This document shows, in pieces, positions 1 to 14,721 of a DNA stretch of 64,000 nt. The DNA is from Octopus sinensis. Its lineage: Eukaryota. Location of the stretch: NCBI RefSeq assembly GCF_006345805.1, contig NC_042998.1:115134001-115198000 (forward strand), read 5' to 3'. The notes under the pieces are model-generated. The model was not told the origin of the DNA. It made no database searches and was given only the letters and a program-made list of their open reading frames with translations. Position numbers and translations under genes: made by a program. How positions within the stretch are numbered: position 1 is the first letter of the stretch; each line of letters starts with the position of its first letter.

Positions 1-1488
1 ATTTAACATCACAATTAAATTAAATTAAATTAAATTAAATTAAATTAAATTAAATTAAATTACCCGATTAATTGAATTATCTATCTTAAATCTACGATGT
101 ACACCAAGACATATAATTCTCTATAATATATTCACTTTAAAGTTAGATCACTGACTAACATACCAATTACTAGGGCGGCCACTAACATAAGCATGATTTA
201 TTGGGCGATTTAGCTTATCCTATCCGACGCTATTGGTTTTTGATTATATTAATGAGTAGATAGCCCGCGCCACACTTAACATGTTATTTTTTATTTATAT
301 ATTTATTATTATATATTTTACGTAACCCAAATTTATACTTTATATCGCACTAACTTTTTAAAAGCATGCTTAGTTTTTAACAAGGGCATTATTTGTAATC
401 ATAGGGAATTAGCAAACGGTCACAAACACTGTTATATATTACAATTAACAACACCAGATATTACTACCAGGTATAACTCCTTCGACTAACACCACCGGTC
501 AACTAGTTACTTTCCCCACATTTGCTCCATTCTAACTGAACACACGTGGAACGCAAAAATGGCACAAAAATGTAAGCCTAAAGATTTAACGAACTTCTTC
601 TTTTTCCTTTCATTTCCACTTTTTCTCCTTTCTATATTCCTCCGATATAAACTCTAAATCATTCTGACGATGATTGTTAAGTGGAACGAGATAAATGCAA
701 ATTTACTTCGAAATAACAAAGTGAAACAGCCTTAAAAGTACTTGAACTACAATTAAACTATGACAGTTTAATACCAATGATCAACTTCTAATTGTTAATT
801 GTTGCTCCATTTCTTTTCTTATCTGAATATATTAAACCATAGTTTTTACCATTTAAATTATCAACTTCTGTTAACCTAAATACAAGGCCTATACATAGTG
901 AGGTAATACACAAGTAGTGCTTACGGATACATTTATACCTTGGACTGTTGCATAGCCTCTAACTCATAAATTTTCTATATACACACACACACACGCACAT
1001 ATATATATATATAAATATATATACATACTTAAACACATATATATACATACATATATATATATCTATACATATATATACATACATATTATACATTGATATA
1101 TATATATACATATATATATATGTACGTGCACACACATATATATATACATACATATACGAACATATATATATATAGACATGTATATATGTGTGTATACATA
1201 CATTTATATATAAATATATATATATATGTGTGTGTGCGTGTGTGTGTGTGTGTATGTAGGTATGTATGTATGTATGTATGTATGCATGTATGTATATCCT
1301 GGTCTTCTTACGCACCCTTAACTTAGCGGACCGCCAAAATTTGACCCATGGAAGAAATACCAGACTTTAACAAATAAGTCCTTGGTGTCCATATAATAGT
1401 CTAAAAATTCTTCAAAGCAGTGCTCGAACGTGGCCGCCGTCTAATGACTGAAACAAATCAAAAATAAATTATTATATATATATATATA

Positions 1489-1651
1489 GGCGCAGGTTTG
1501 GGTTTGTGGTAAGTAGCTTGCTTGCTAACCAATGGTTCCAGGTTCAGTCCCACTGTATGGCACCTCTTGGGCAAGTGTCTTCTACTATAGCCTCAGGCCG
1601 ACCAAAGCCTCATGAGTGACTTTCATAGACGGAAACTGAAGGAAACCAGTC
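1489..1651 (+). mobile_element. tRNA-derived CORE-like SINE (further copies 2735-2884 -, 19742-19897 +, 22467-22620 -, 46337-46490 -, 59781-59892 -, 61469-61502 + head only, 63072-63215 -)
   Basis: A-box TGTGGTAAGTAG, B-box GGTTCAGTCC, CORE-like GGCACCTTGGGCAAGTGTCTTCT; many similar copies in the window. Confidence 0.88.
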
Positions 1652-1681
1652 ATATATATATATATATATGTGTGTGTGTGT

Positions 1682-1713
<32 letters not shown>

Positions 1714-2486
1714 CATATATATACGTATGTATGAATGAAGAATAACTGTGAGTGTGAACTTATCTGTTGCCATGCATATTTAAACATTTCTGTTATTCAT
1801 TTATTATTTGTCTATCATCAGCATTGTTGTTGTTCTTATTTTAGTGTCTCTAGTATCATTATTATATAATGAAGTCATGATCAATAATTAATGTCACCAA
1901 CCTTCACTAATAAAATAATATCATTGTAACAATACCCATCATAGACAATCAAATGCACGTATATATGTATATAAAGATATGGTGGCAATATATTGTAGCT
2001 GCAGCCCTACGTGATGTGCAAACAAATGTTCACTAATTATTTTTCTAGAATGCTATTGGGAAATTGAATGTAAACATAAGAACAAAAATAATTTATATAC
2101 TTATACAATGAGAAACTTATTTTCACGATTTTCGTTTTTTCCCTTCTTTTCTTTTACCTTTTCACTCCATCTTAGGAAGTGCATGTCATCAGTGATATTT
2201 TCTCAAATCTCAACAAACACATGTTTTCTATAAATTTTATTTTGTATTTTGTCTTTAGCTATATTTATCTGATGAATGTGGGCACTTATCTACAATTCGG
2301 AGCACCACATCCAGCTTTAATAAAATTCATGTCACTATTAGCTTTCTTTGTTATTTTTCTGTTGGCAAAATTTAACATATTTTGCAAATATTAAGATCCC
2401 AGATCGAGTATGTGTTGCTCCATTACCACACCGTATGAGAGGAGACCTTTATATATATTTGAAAGTCTCATCGTTTTTCTGTCAAA

Positions 2487-2534
2487 CTTACCTGAAGATG
2501 CTATGCAACCACGGATGAAACTCAGACTAGCAAG
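2487..2534 (+). ncRNA. Decayed hammerhead-like motif
   Basis: CTTAC-CTGAAGA-tgc...gga-t-GAAAC-tcagacta-GCAAG. The core is intact but the stems are eroded. Confidence 0.35.
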
Positions 2535-2667
2535 AAACTGACTCGACCGATATATATATATATTATTATATTATTATATACATGTATTATTAATCTCTAC
2601 TATAGTAATGCTTGCATTTGTGAGATGACAGCACTATGTTGTGTACAGACACACATAAACATATATA

Positions 2668-2708
<41 letters not shown>

Positions 2709-3044
2709 GCGTGTGTGTGTGTGTGTGTGTGTATGACGAGCCTCATTCAGTTTCCGTCTGCAACTCCACTCACAAAAATTTGGTCGCTCGGCAGCTTATT
2801 AGAAGACACTTGCTCAAGGTGCCACGCAGTGGGACTGAACTCAGAATCATGTGGTTTGAAAGCAAGCTTCTTACCACACAGTCATGCATACATACATACA
2901 TACATACATACATACATTTTATACTTTGATGTCCACGACATCTAAATTATTTTGTGTGAATATCATATAATAATAACGTTTTTCCCAATGCGGTGGATTG
3001 ATGTCAATAACTATGTTATAGACATAGAATTTAGGTAAAACTTA

Positions 3045-3360
3045 GATATGTTTCGAATAAAGATTGCTCCAGGCCATGTCTAACTTAATAGCATCACCTG
3101 ATAGGTTTATCTAAATCCATTTTAAGTCAAGTTTTGTATATGGTCCATTCAAGTAGTGAGTTCTTGTTGAATGAGTTGTATCCAGGTATGGGTGGATTAT
3201 CTGGTATTCCTTGAAGAATTCTGTCCAGACTCCGTTTAAAAGTGATGGGAACCTTTTACTCTTTGATCTCTTTCGGGACAATGTTAAACAGGGCAGGGCT
3301 TGTATATCGCCGAAGCATGTAGAAATCAATGAAAAGAAATCAGCGTTTTCCATGTTTTAT
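3045..3360 (-). mobile_element. 3' end of the same CR1/L2-type LINE family
   Basis: PALFNIVPKEIKE*KVPITFKRSLDRILQGIPDNPPIPGY. The 3' tail (CTATTAAGTTAGACATGGCCTGG) matches 54580-54610. Confidence 0.75.
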
Positions 3361-3806
3361 CCATAGTAACAAATTACTAGCATTTTTGTTTGTCACAGCT
3401 AACAACAGAAATGAAGTGAGCAAGTGAGATATGTATGGAAACCTGTAATAAAGAATGCTATTTTTCAGAAACTGCATCAAGATAGGACAAATTCAGAAAG
3501 ATATGTCATATAACGCATAACATTTGTATTATCCTCATTTATTGGGTGCTGTTGTATATTTGGATGCTGAAATTGTAAATCAAATTTTGTGATATATATT
3601 TGAAATAGACTTCGCTAATATGATATGGCATCGGACTGTTCAAAAGCAGATAGAAACTGCAAATAGAATTGGCGGGTTTGCTATCACTGTCTGTCTGTTT
3701 GTTACTAACTCTGTACACACACACAGGCGCGCGCACAAATTCACACACAAACACACATGAGAACGCACACACACACATACACACATGTATATATATATAT
3801 ATATAT

Positions 3807-3858
<52 letters not shown>

Positions 3859-3911
3859 CATATATATATGTGTGTGTGTATATTTATGCATGTATAAATG
3901 TACGTGCTATA

Positions 3912-4819
3912 TACTAGGTATGTTCAAAAAGTATCCGACCTTTGGGGTTAAACAAAGACAAAAACCAAACAATTTGTACACTTCACAAATTTGATTTCAT
4001 CGCCTTCAAATTATTCCCTTTTGCAGTTCACACACTTGTCCCAGCTGTTCTGTCCATTGCTGGTAATAATTCTGGCATGCGTTGGAAGTCCGTCGCCGAT
4101 TTGCTCATAATTTCCTCTCGATACTTAAATCATTTCCGTTTCAGTGGGGTTTTCAGTTTGGGTAAGAGCCAAACGGTACCAAGTCAGAAGAGAGTAGGGA
4201 GAGCATCGAACGATTGGTGTGATGTTCTAGACCAGAAAAGCTTGGATTACGAAGTGCGTTCAAAGTATCATACTTCATATTTTTGCCAACACTCTAGGCA
4301 TGCACAAATCCTCTATTAAAATGGAAAGCACTGATCTCATACTTATCTCCAATCCATGAATAATTTCCACGATTTTTACACGACGGTTTTTCATGACTAT
4401 TCGCCTTCTCAATCGGTTCCAGGTTTCATTTTGTTGATGTCCTGCCTTAATTTGAGTCTCTCTATTCACCGAAATGCAGGCATGTTTGAGGCGTTTGTAC
4501 CATGGCATCATCGGCAAAGGACTGCTGAATTTTCTGGATGGTCTGAGCTTGGATATCACCTAAATTTTGGCAAATCTTAATGTAATGTCCCTGCTCGGTG
4601 CATTCTGTCATCTTGCGTGAAACAAAAAATCCAGCAAGCGCGGACTACACGTTTGTACTCTAAGCATAAGAGCCGGAAATTCACGCAGTCTACTGGCCCG
4701 AAAATTTTCTGATATACGCAGAAAGTGGGGCGTAACCTTCCATCAAAGTTGTTGCCCACACAACATTAGGTTTGGAGGTTAAAAAATAGGGTTTGATACC
4801 TTTCGAGCACACCTCGTTA
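3912..4819 (-). mobile_element. Degenerate, internally deleted mariner element
   Basis: Imperfect TIRs (TACTAGGTATGTTCAAAAAGTATCCGACC vs revcomp TAACGAGGTGTGCTCGAAAGGTATCAAACC). Minus-strand HTH remnant (WYKRLK...MKNRRVKIVEIIHGLEISMRSVLSILIEDLCMPRVLAKI) and an eroded PYSPDL-type C-terminus near 4140-4260. Confidence 0.85.
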
Positions 4820-4876
4820 AAGTATAACAATACCTATGAACATGTATATATATAGATGCATACTAGGTATATACAT

Positions 4877-4948
<72 letters not shown>

Positions 4949-5329
4949 ATGTTATGTATGTATTTATGTATATATTATAAATAGTATATATATATATATA
5001 TATATGTATATGTATGTATTTATGTGAATATATGAATTACGTATATATATATATATATATATAATACACACACACATATGAGGGTTTCATTCACAGGTGA
5101 TCTAAACGACTAGGTACGGTGGGTAAGTGCTTTAGTGGATTATTAAGGCTCCAAGGTTATCACTTTGACAGGAATTATGGAAGCAGTGTAGATTTCCGAT
5201 AAAGCGCATATATATAGTTGTTAAAGAGGATATCCCAGAAACAGCAGTAAGACTTTGAATTTTTACTATGATAATAACTTATATGACTTGAGACGTTTGT
5301 CTTGCCTTAACGTTTGTAGTCTTCTTAAC

Positions 5330-5388
<59 letters not shown>

Positions 5389-5419
5389 CAACTTATATAC
5401 AAGGGCAAAAGAAAAAAAT

Positions 5420-5530
5420 TCCAATACCAAATATGCCGAAAATAGACTTAAATCGTCAATAACCACATATAATTCATCACTATAAGCACGAGTCTCGAAG
5501 CAAGCCGACAGAAATTTCTAAAAAGTTCCG
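5420..5530 (+). mobile_element. Possible Penelope-like GIY-YIG fragment
   Basis: AENRLKSSITTYNSS / YKHESRSKPTEISKKF resemble the FK.R..NH..SF.H....TELSK segment of PLE endonucleases. Confidence 0.3.
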
Positions 5531-5712
5531 TTATTACCGAATCAGCCTCGATTTCTGAGTTAATTCATAAATAATTTTCTCGTAGTAAGTGGTAAATACG
5601 ATGAGAAATAAATGAGACACTTACTTGCACCATGGAAGAAGTAGACACCAAGTCATGTGTACACTTAAGTACCCCAAATATATCCAATATAGAAATTCTA
5701 CATCACACCTCG

Positions 5713-5745
<33 letters not shown>

Positions 5746-5835
5746 CATATATATAGTTATGTTATATTCTCTTAAGATCGTAGTAGAGTAAAGTATAAAG
5801 CTCGTCCACCTTCAGATTTGACCTTGTGTTATTCC

Positions 5836-5877
<42 letters not shown>

Positions 5878-6182
5878 TACGTACTTCCAGATTTGCGTTT
5901 GAGTTTGTGTAGTGTGCGAATAGATAATTGACAAAGTTGAAGTCAACAAGGAATCCGGTTTGATATTTATTTGCAAAGAAATGTGAAAGCGTACTTCTTT
6001 TTGTTGACTCCAACTTTTTCAATTATATTAATAAAAATTTTTTTTTACTTGTTTCAGTCATTTCACTGTAGCCATGCCAGGGTACCGCCTTGAAATGTTA
6101 ATTGACCACGACGAGACACGAACCTCGCAATCTTCTGATTCGAAGTCATACGTCTTGTCCAACACACACACACACACACACA

Positions 6183-6214
<32 letters not shown>

Positions 6215-7121
6215 ACAGACACACACACACATACACACACACGCACACACAATTTGTGTATATGTATTTTGCATTCGTGTGTACATGTCTGAATGGCCGA
6301 AGCATATTTGTATGCATGGGTGTGTCTGTGTATGTATTTACATATATATGTGTGTGTGTGTGTTAAATAAAATAAGATAATAAAGCCAAGGCAATTTGAT
6401 ATTCCTAGGAAATTATTTTATTTAACATAGACATACTCACACACGGCCTGCCTTTCACTCCTCACTCATGCTATTATTGAACCGGGAGCTTAACAGTGAT
6501 CCTTCCGTAGCACTTACGTAGCCTTACCTGCCTTTTTGGTCTTCAGGATACCAAAACATTTCATATATATGTGTGTGTGTGTGTTTTGCATCTCCACATA
6601 TATGTGTAGTTTATATATGGTAATTATTCCACAATAATCAACAAACAAATAAATGTACATACAACAGCAACAACAACAGGTAAACCTATATTAGATTGAC
6701 GTAGATGGAAGACCAAAAGACTCAGAACGCAAGAGATAAAGAGACAGAAAAAGTATGAGAGAGAGAGAAAGGGGCAGTGAGAGAGAGAGAGAGAGAGAAA
6801 GAAAGAGAGAAGGAGAAAGAAATAAAGAGAGAGAGCGTGTGAGAAAGATAGTGAGTAGAAAAGTTAACGGGTAGGAGAGGTAGCGAGAGAAAAGAGAAAA
6901 AGAATTGATTTCTACGTTGTAATTCGGCAAATAGAGAATCTATCTTGTTTGCTGTAGCAAACACATAACTAGATAAAGCAAATCGTGAAAATGAATCAAA
7001 TAGTCATCGAATAGAAAGCTGAACTTAACTGAAACAAACAGTAGATGAGTTATAAGAGGTGGAGGTTTGAGAAATCGGGAATGGAAGAATAAAAGGGAGA
7101 AAGAGAGAAGCAGAGAAAGAG

Positions 7122-7167
<46 letters not shown>

Positions 7168-7759
7168 TATATATATTATATATATATATATATAATATAT
7201 ATATATATATAATAGAGAGAGAGAGAGAGAGAGCGTGCACAGTAATGCGAAAAAGGGAGGTGGAAAAGGAAAGAAAAGAATAAAATAAAGAAAATTACGA
7301 AGAAAATGAGAAGGGGTGGAAGACGTAGCTGTGATGAAATGAAATCCGTTAATCTTGGCGTTTATACGATCCCTTTCCATTGCTAATGTAATGCCAATTA
7401 TTCAGATTGCAATCTGGATGCATGTTGGCTGGCTGTGTTAGACAAACATAGGAGAAAATAGAAATGGAACAAGAGATTGAGTGAGAGAGAGAGAGGGGGG
7501 AATGGGAAGGAGGGGGATGGGATGGAGAGAGAGAGATACATAAACAGTAAGCAAGCACTAAAATTTAAAAGTTTTGATGCAAGTGAAAGTTGGCATGCAG
7601 CCGTTGGTAGCCGAGCAAGTAGGAAGCGAAACATTCTAACAGCAAATGACAACAAGTACAATAACAAAACAAGGGTCTCTGTCGCTCTCTCTATCTTCCC
7701 CCTGTCCCTCTCTGCATGATATATACATATGTATATGCATATATACATATATGCATATG

Positions 7760-7795
<36 letters not shown>

Positions 7796-8298
7796 CATAC
7801 ATACACACACATATATATAAGTATCTATGTATATGTATATAAGTAGTTTCAAGAAATAAGAGCAATAACAACATCGAAAACAACAACGGCAAATTGTGTG
7901 GAATTTGGAGTAACCAGAGTAGATTGAGGAGAGGAAAGACTGAAGTGTGTGCGCGTGAGGGGTGGGGGAAGGCGGAGCCTATGGAAGACGCCATTGGTTT
8001 CTACCTTAAGTGTTGTAATGGTAGAGTGAGTTAGTGACTCAGTATCTATTGGGTGTATGTGCCCAGATGGATATATGTGGTTAGACAGATGAATAGGAAT
8101 ATAGATAAACAGATGCATAGGTGGTTAGATAGATATACGGATACATAGATGGCTAGATAGTATGTATGTATGTATATATATATATATATATATATATAAG
8201 TTCATATATATAGGGATAGATAGATAGATCGATAGATAGATATATAAGCAGTAAGGCAGAATCGTATGCCCTAAAGGTGACACATACAGACATGTTGC

Positions 8299-8329
<31 letters not shown>

Positions 8330-8391
8330 TGTATATATGTATGTATGTATGTACGTACGAATGTATGTATGTATGTATGTTTGTATGTATG

Positions 8392-8511
<120 letters not shown>

Positions 8512-8679
8512 CATCTATCTTTCTATCTATGTGATTATATATATAAATATATACCTGAATGATTGTGAGAATGTTTGCACGTGTACAATATAAATAAATA
8601 CGACTATACTTATATATGCATATGTGCACACACACATAATATTATAGCTATAGTGTATATATATATATATGCACATATG

Positions 8680-8725
<46 letters not shown>

Positions 8726-8754
8726 TAAAAAAGGGGAGAGAGAGACAGACAGAA

Positions 8755-8788
<34 letters not shown>

Positions 8789-8978
8789 TGATTGATAGAT
8801 AGACAGATAGAGAGGAGAGAGGGGAGACAGAGACAGAGCACTTAAGAAAAAGAACAAATGCACAAACGGTTAGACAAACACATACATATAAACAGAGATG
8901 AATAGATAAGAATGCACATACATGCATGCAGATTCATACTTAAATAGATAGTCAAATAGATAGATAGATAGATGGATG

Positions 8979-9125
<147 letters not shown>

Positions 9126-9489
9126 GATAGATAGATAGGGGGCTGTAATAGTGAAAGTGTGAGAGAGCGAGAGAGAGAGAAAGATTTGATAGACAAAAAT
9201 ATTTGGTTTGAGCTGGGTAGCTGAAAAAAAAAAATTTCAAGAATCAATGTTCCTAACTGAAACTCATTTTACCGTTTTGCTGTCTTTCCCAGACCTCATT
9301 ACCGTGTGTCAGTCTCGCTTAGGCAGAATAGAGTGAGAGTAATAGACGTGTAATGATGTTTTCGTGTACTTTTAAAATTACATTTAACTGAAAACAGACT
9401 TGCCAATAGATATTAGCGACGTAAAACATGCAATGTAGGAATCAAATTGTTTAAAAGCACTGCAAGCAACGGTAGACATCTTGTCGAGT

Positions 9490-9991
9490 TGTATGGTGAC
9501 GGTTGTTGTGGTGTCAGTGGTGGTGATGGCGGCGGCGGCGGCGGTGGTGGTGATGGTGGTACTGGCAAACATTGGTGCTGGTGCTGATGTTGATGTTAAT
9601 GCTCTTCGTAGTGGCGGCGGCGGTGACGGTTGTGGTAGTGATGTTGTTTGTAATGGTGTGTGTATGTGTGTGTGTGTATATATGTGTGTGTGTGTGTGTG
9701 TATGTTTGTGTCCAGTGGCAGTTGTGTTGGTGTGACGATATGGTGATGATGGTTGCGTTGGTCATTAACGTGTTAGTAATTGTGGTGAGTGCGCGTGTGT
9801 GTATATGTGTGTGTTGTGTTAGTTGTATTAGGGGTGATGGTGATGGTGTTGATGGTAATATTGGTTGTGCTCGTGGCATTGGTTGCAATGGTGTCTGCAT
9901 GTGTAAAGATGATAGTTGTGGCGCTAATGGCGATGATGGTGATAATGATTATAGTGACCGTGGAGTGGTGTTGGTAACAGTGATTGTTCTC

Positions 9992-10023
<32 letters not shown>

Positions 10024-10370
10024 GGTGTGTGAGCGGTGGTAGGTTACCTGGTGGTAGCTGCATCATTGTTGCTGTCGGTTGTAGTGGTTGCATTGATGGT
10101 GATGCGCATGTCTTTTGGTAGTTGTATGGGTAATGACCGCGATACAATCGCCCGTAGAGTTGGTGTTTATGTGTGTTTTTGCATCTGTAGACATAGTTGT
10201 GATGGCGTTGGTGATGTGATTGCATGGTTGTAGCTGCAGTGGTAACGGTAGTCCTGTAGTGGTTGCAGTGGAGTGTGGGTAGCAATATGGTGGTAGTTGA
10301 GTTGATAGCAGTGGTGTCTGTATAAGTGGTGATGGTGTATGTGCAGCCATTGGTTTTGATCGTGGCGCTG
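9490..10370. repeat. Cryptic trinucleotide (GGT/GTT/GAT) low-complexity block; similar blocks at 44700-45200, 46580-47060, 47450-48900, 58120-58450
   Basis: Degenerate triplet periodicity producing V/M/T/H-rich ORFs on both strands with no domain signature. Confidence 0.9.
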
Positions 10371-10399
10371 ATAATATTGCATGTATTTAATTGTGGTAA

Positions 10400-10720
10400 A
10401 AAACACGGTTCCATGGATAGAGCGTTGGGGTCACACCCATGAAGTAGTGCCTTCGATTCCCAGACCGAGCTGTGTGTTGTGTTCTTGAGAAAGACATTTT
10501 ATTTCACGTTTCTCCAATTCCCTCAGCTGTAGAACTAAGTTGCAATATCACTGGTGCCAAGCTGTTATCAGCCGTTGCCTTTCCCTTGGATAACAACGGT
10601 GATGTGGACAGGGGAGGTTGCTTGTCTTCCATAAACAACATAGCCCGGAATTGTATCTCGGAGGACTATTTTCTAGGTGCAATCCCGTGGTCATTCATGA
10701 ACGAAGGGAGCCTTCACTCT
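10400..10720 (+). mobile_element. Diverged tRNA-derived SINE (third family)
   Basis: tRNA-like head with CTTCGATTCCC B-box, followed by TGTGTTCTTGAGAAAGACATTTTATTTCAC core. Confidence 0.55.
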
Positions 10721-11594
10721 TTACCCTTTACTCAAGAGCTGGTATTGATGATGGTGATGGTGGCAAGTGAATAATGTAGTTTTATTGATAATGGTACTGG
10801 TGTTGCTGGTGGTTCATTTTTTTCCATGAAGGGTTGTTGTATACCTTCAGTTCAACTTTGAACCAGCAGACCTGATATCACAGACAAATCAGACCCGATC
10901 ATCATATAAAGGAAACTCAGAATCATGTTATTCGAAAAGTTTATTTCTAAGTCTGTCGAGTACAATTTAAGAGCAAATGGCTGCAACTTCATGTAACTTG
11001 GGGAACTTCATAATCGTGATAATGGTATTTAGGTACGTGTACGGTGAGTGTGTGTATACAATGAAGGCAGTGGCAATTTTATTATGCCACAGATGACAAA
11101 ATCTTTACACCATTGAACAAATTACTTTACGATATATGCTGCGACTCTTTACGTTCTGTCCCCAAATCCGATCAAGGACAATTTCAACGTCTGTCCTTCA
11201 GACAAAATGTATGGCAGTATCAGGTTAGCTTTTGTGATTCAGATAAATTCAAATATTACTTCCTCTCACCTGTAAAAAACAGTTTCTTCAAGAATCTTCA
11301 AAAGTTGAAGAAATCGGTAAAGCACCTGCATGATTACGTCCAAGAAACACTCTGTTTACATGCAGCACACCAGTTGGCAGTTGACATCAATTCAAAGCCT
11401 GTGAATTATTTTTCTTTTAAAACTGCACTGTTTACCACACACACACACACAAACACACGCGCCCGCGCACATAGACGGCACTTACGTCTCATATAATGAA
11501 ACACAATGTGATTTTTGCACGCTGCTTGAGGTTGACTGAAACGATAGTTAATATCAGTTAGAGACGTTTAAAATGAGGAAAAGTGAAATATATA

Positions 11595-11830
11595 TAGAGT
11601 GGTCCAAAACTAGGTTTACAGTTATCCCGTAGGTAATTCAAATTTCTTTTAAAACATTTTATTACAATTAGATTTCTTTCTTACAAACTGAAATTAGAGC
11701 TTGGTAAAATTAACTAAATTAGCACAGAATAATCATTTCATATTTCTTTCATAATTAAGATCTAAACTCTTAATATATGAATGCGAAAGAGATAGTTAAA
11801 TAACTGTAAGCCTACTTTTAGGCCACCATG
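11595..11830. mobile_element. Tc1/mariner-type MITE
   Basis: About 30-bp imperfect TIRs (TAGAGTGGTCCAAAACTAGGTTTACAGTTAT / ATAACTGTAAGCCTACTTTTAGGCCACCATG) flanked by TA. Confidence 0.65.
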
Positions 11831-12487
11831 TACAATAACAGAGAATTGTAGTGAAAGGTTTTGCAATGGTTAGAGTAGTAGCAAAACGAAACTAAATTTC
11901 GCTCATAAATTATGCACAAAATATATCACTACTTAATCATATAGTTTACACTCAAACAGACAAAAGAAGAAAAAGTACTGAAAGTAAAACGATGGGAGTA
12001 GACTTTAAACCATGAACTCAAACACACTTGCACAAAAGCAACACACTGTTATACGACAATCAATAAGCCACTAAAATACCTTACGTTAACTGTTGTTTTA
12101 TCAAACACATTTTCTAAACAAGAGACAAGAAAGAACTTAATTTTAATCCCATATATGTATGTCTGCAAGCATGCGTAGATGGGTGACAGTAATACCTGGA
12201 CGATATGTGTAGTCACACACAGACACACACACACACTTTTGCTTGTTTGTGTGTGTATATGTGTGTGTGTGTGTACATACATACGTACCTGCGTTTCTAT
12301 TCAAATAGTAGTTTGGACAACTCCGTGGGCTTAAACGCACCATCACATTTAAGAATTATAAATATATTTGTCTGTGAAATAAATGCGGAAAATGTATAAG
12401 TAATGAATATATTAACTGGCGCGTACGCTGATCTCAATGGACGCGCAAACCAGAAAATAGTTTAATATTTAATTTCCTACGTACATG

Positions 12488-12550
<63 letters not shown>

Positions 12551-12679
12551 TGTGTGTGTACGTTTTTACATAAGTAGCTGATATATACAGTATTATAAAA
12601 AAAAGGAAACGTAAATATTTCATTTTATACACTCATGTAAACATACACACACGCACCCGCACATACACAAACACATGCA

Positions 12680-12738
<59 letters not shown>

Positions 12739-13256
12739 GCATACATAATTATATGTGTTTTATGTCAAGTTATGCACAAAAAGAAAATAAATGTAAACAA
12801 CAATTGTAGATTAAACTGAAAAAGAAAAAACAATACCATTTTTTTCGGAGAGAAAACATTTACTAATGAAAGCCAGCAAACCGAAACTCAGAAGTAGTGT
12901 AAAAACTTTTCATTCGGCCCATCGTCGACAAAATATCTATTTAAGTAAATATTTATATTGATCGAAGATGATTGAGTCGGCTTTTATGTTACGACTTAAG
13001 AAAAGGAAATAATGAATAATAGATTAAACTTCTTATTCATTTTTGTTTTTCATTTTCGTGTTGCATATGTATATATTATAGAATTTAGTTTATGTCTAGT
13101 GTGCTAAAGGTGTTAATGACGAATTTGTGAAGGAAACTATATATACCTGTATATCATCAACATCATCATCATCCTTATCCTCTTTATCGTTCCCACAATC
13201 ACCACAACGACCACCACCACCATCACCAGCACAATCACCATCATCACCATCATCAC

Positions 13257-13306
<50 letters not shown>

Positions 13307-13550
13307 ACATTATCATCATCTCTCACACACACATGTATACGTATAAGCAGATACATAGATACACAGACAGATATATTTGTACATACATGCAAATATTAGT
13401 GCATGTGTGTCAGTTTGAAATCTCATAATTTGAGATCTGTTACTAGTAATCCTATAATCCAATACAACCAATTCTTGTTTTTTTCTTTCTGTGGCATCTC
13501 CATATATATATCTCAAAATTCAATATTCAATCATTCATGATTGTTTGTAT

Positions 13551-13642
13551 CCTGCGCTGATGAGAGAAGAAGTCTGGGTAAGGTAGAATTATCTAATTCT
13601 TATGCTTTCCTAAGACTTGATCTCGAAACGTACGTCCGTAGG
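13551..13642 (+). ncRNA. Solo type I hammerhead ribozyme, canonical core, extended stem II
   Basis: CCTGCG/CGTAGG stem I (6 bp, 1 GU); CTGATGA; GAGA/TCTC plus AAGTCT/AGACTT stem II; GAAA; palindromic ACGTACGT stem III; GUC cleavage triplet (13634-36). Confidence 0.85.
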
Positions 13643-14721
13643 TGACTTAAAACTGTATGATAGATTGCCGTTAATTCATTCTCTCTTACCTGTTTGTGTT
13701 TGCCTTTCAAATGCTGTGTCTTTACTGTGATCTCCCTTTCAGTAGAAGAAATAGCTATAATCTCTTTGACTGCTATTTCTAAATTCGGTGTGCGGTAAGG
13801 CAATTCGTTGCTAAACCCTTAATTGCTTTGTATGTATATATATATATATATATATCAATTTCCAAGTGAGTGTCTATATGTATATATAAATTAAATAATT
13901 TGTGAAAACGAATTTCCAAATTTCTAAATCAATCAGGTACAACCGTTCAGCATTACATACATCTACATATCTACATACATCTACAAATAAGACCTTGGGG
14001 TCTTATTTATCATATATTTATTTATTTATCTAGAAATATACAAAGTATCAAATAAAAGTAAATAATAATTCAAAAATTCTAATTTGGGTAAGTCCACAGG
14101 CATAAGTAAATTACATTTGGGAATTAAAATCTAGAAAAAGAGAGTACACTCTTAATTGAAGTATAATAAGTAGAGCCCACTCCTATAATATTGGGAATAA
14201 AATGTGTTTATTATGCATAACAGAATTTATGAAACGACTGCAGTTTAGAGATGAATTATTAAACACATATGATGAACGTGGAGGTAAATGTAGGCACAGA
14301 AGTAATTTTACCATCAATAAAATGAAATACTGAACTCCTACCCCTGAATCAAATATCCACACAATTTTATTTCTACAGCACTTGAAGAGACTATATAAAT
14401 AAATAAATTATTTAAATAAATAAATGAATTAAATATTACCAAACTTATGTAATAACTAATTATATGTATCTCCCAACATAGATAAATTGAAGATAATAAT
14501 AGAAGATAGTTTAAATTTAAACTATGCATGGTGCACTCCTTGGTACTAACCACCTATAAATTCCCTTAGTTCCCTACTATCTTCTTCCTCTAACCGCCAT
14601 TTTAAAAACAAATCTTGGTACCAGGAAAAAAGGAAGATATGTATTTGAATTTTTCTTGTTATATTTCACATTAAATAGACATTTTTACAGTTCTATATTT
14701 AAGAGATGAGGAATTATGTAC

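Noticed and set aside
1-61. Telomeric repeat
   Set aside because: The unit is TTAAA, not the TTAGGG typical of molluscs; an ordinary pentanucleotide SSR.
657-725. CTGACGA...GAAA hammerhead candidate
   Set aside because: No UH cleavage triplet or stem III in register.
11113-11496. 127-aa non-repetitive ORF
   Set aside because: It starts at a TTG, has no recognisable family motif or splice support, and ends in a CA repeat.
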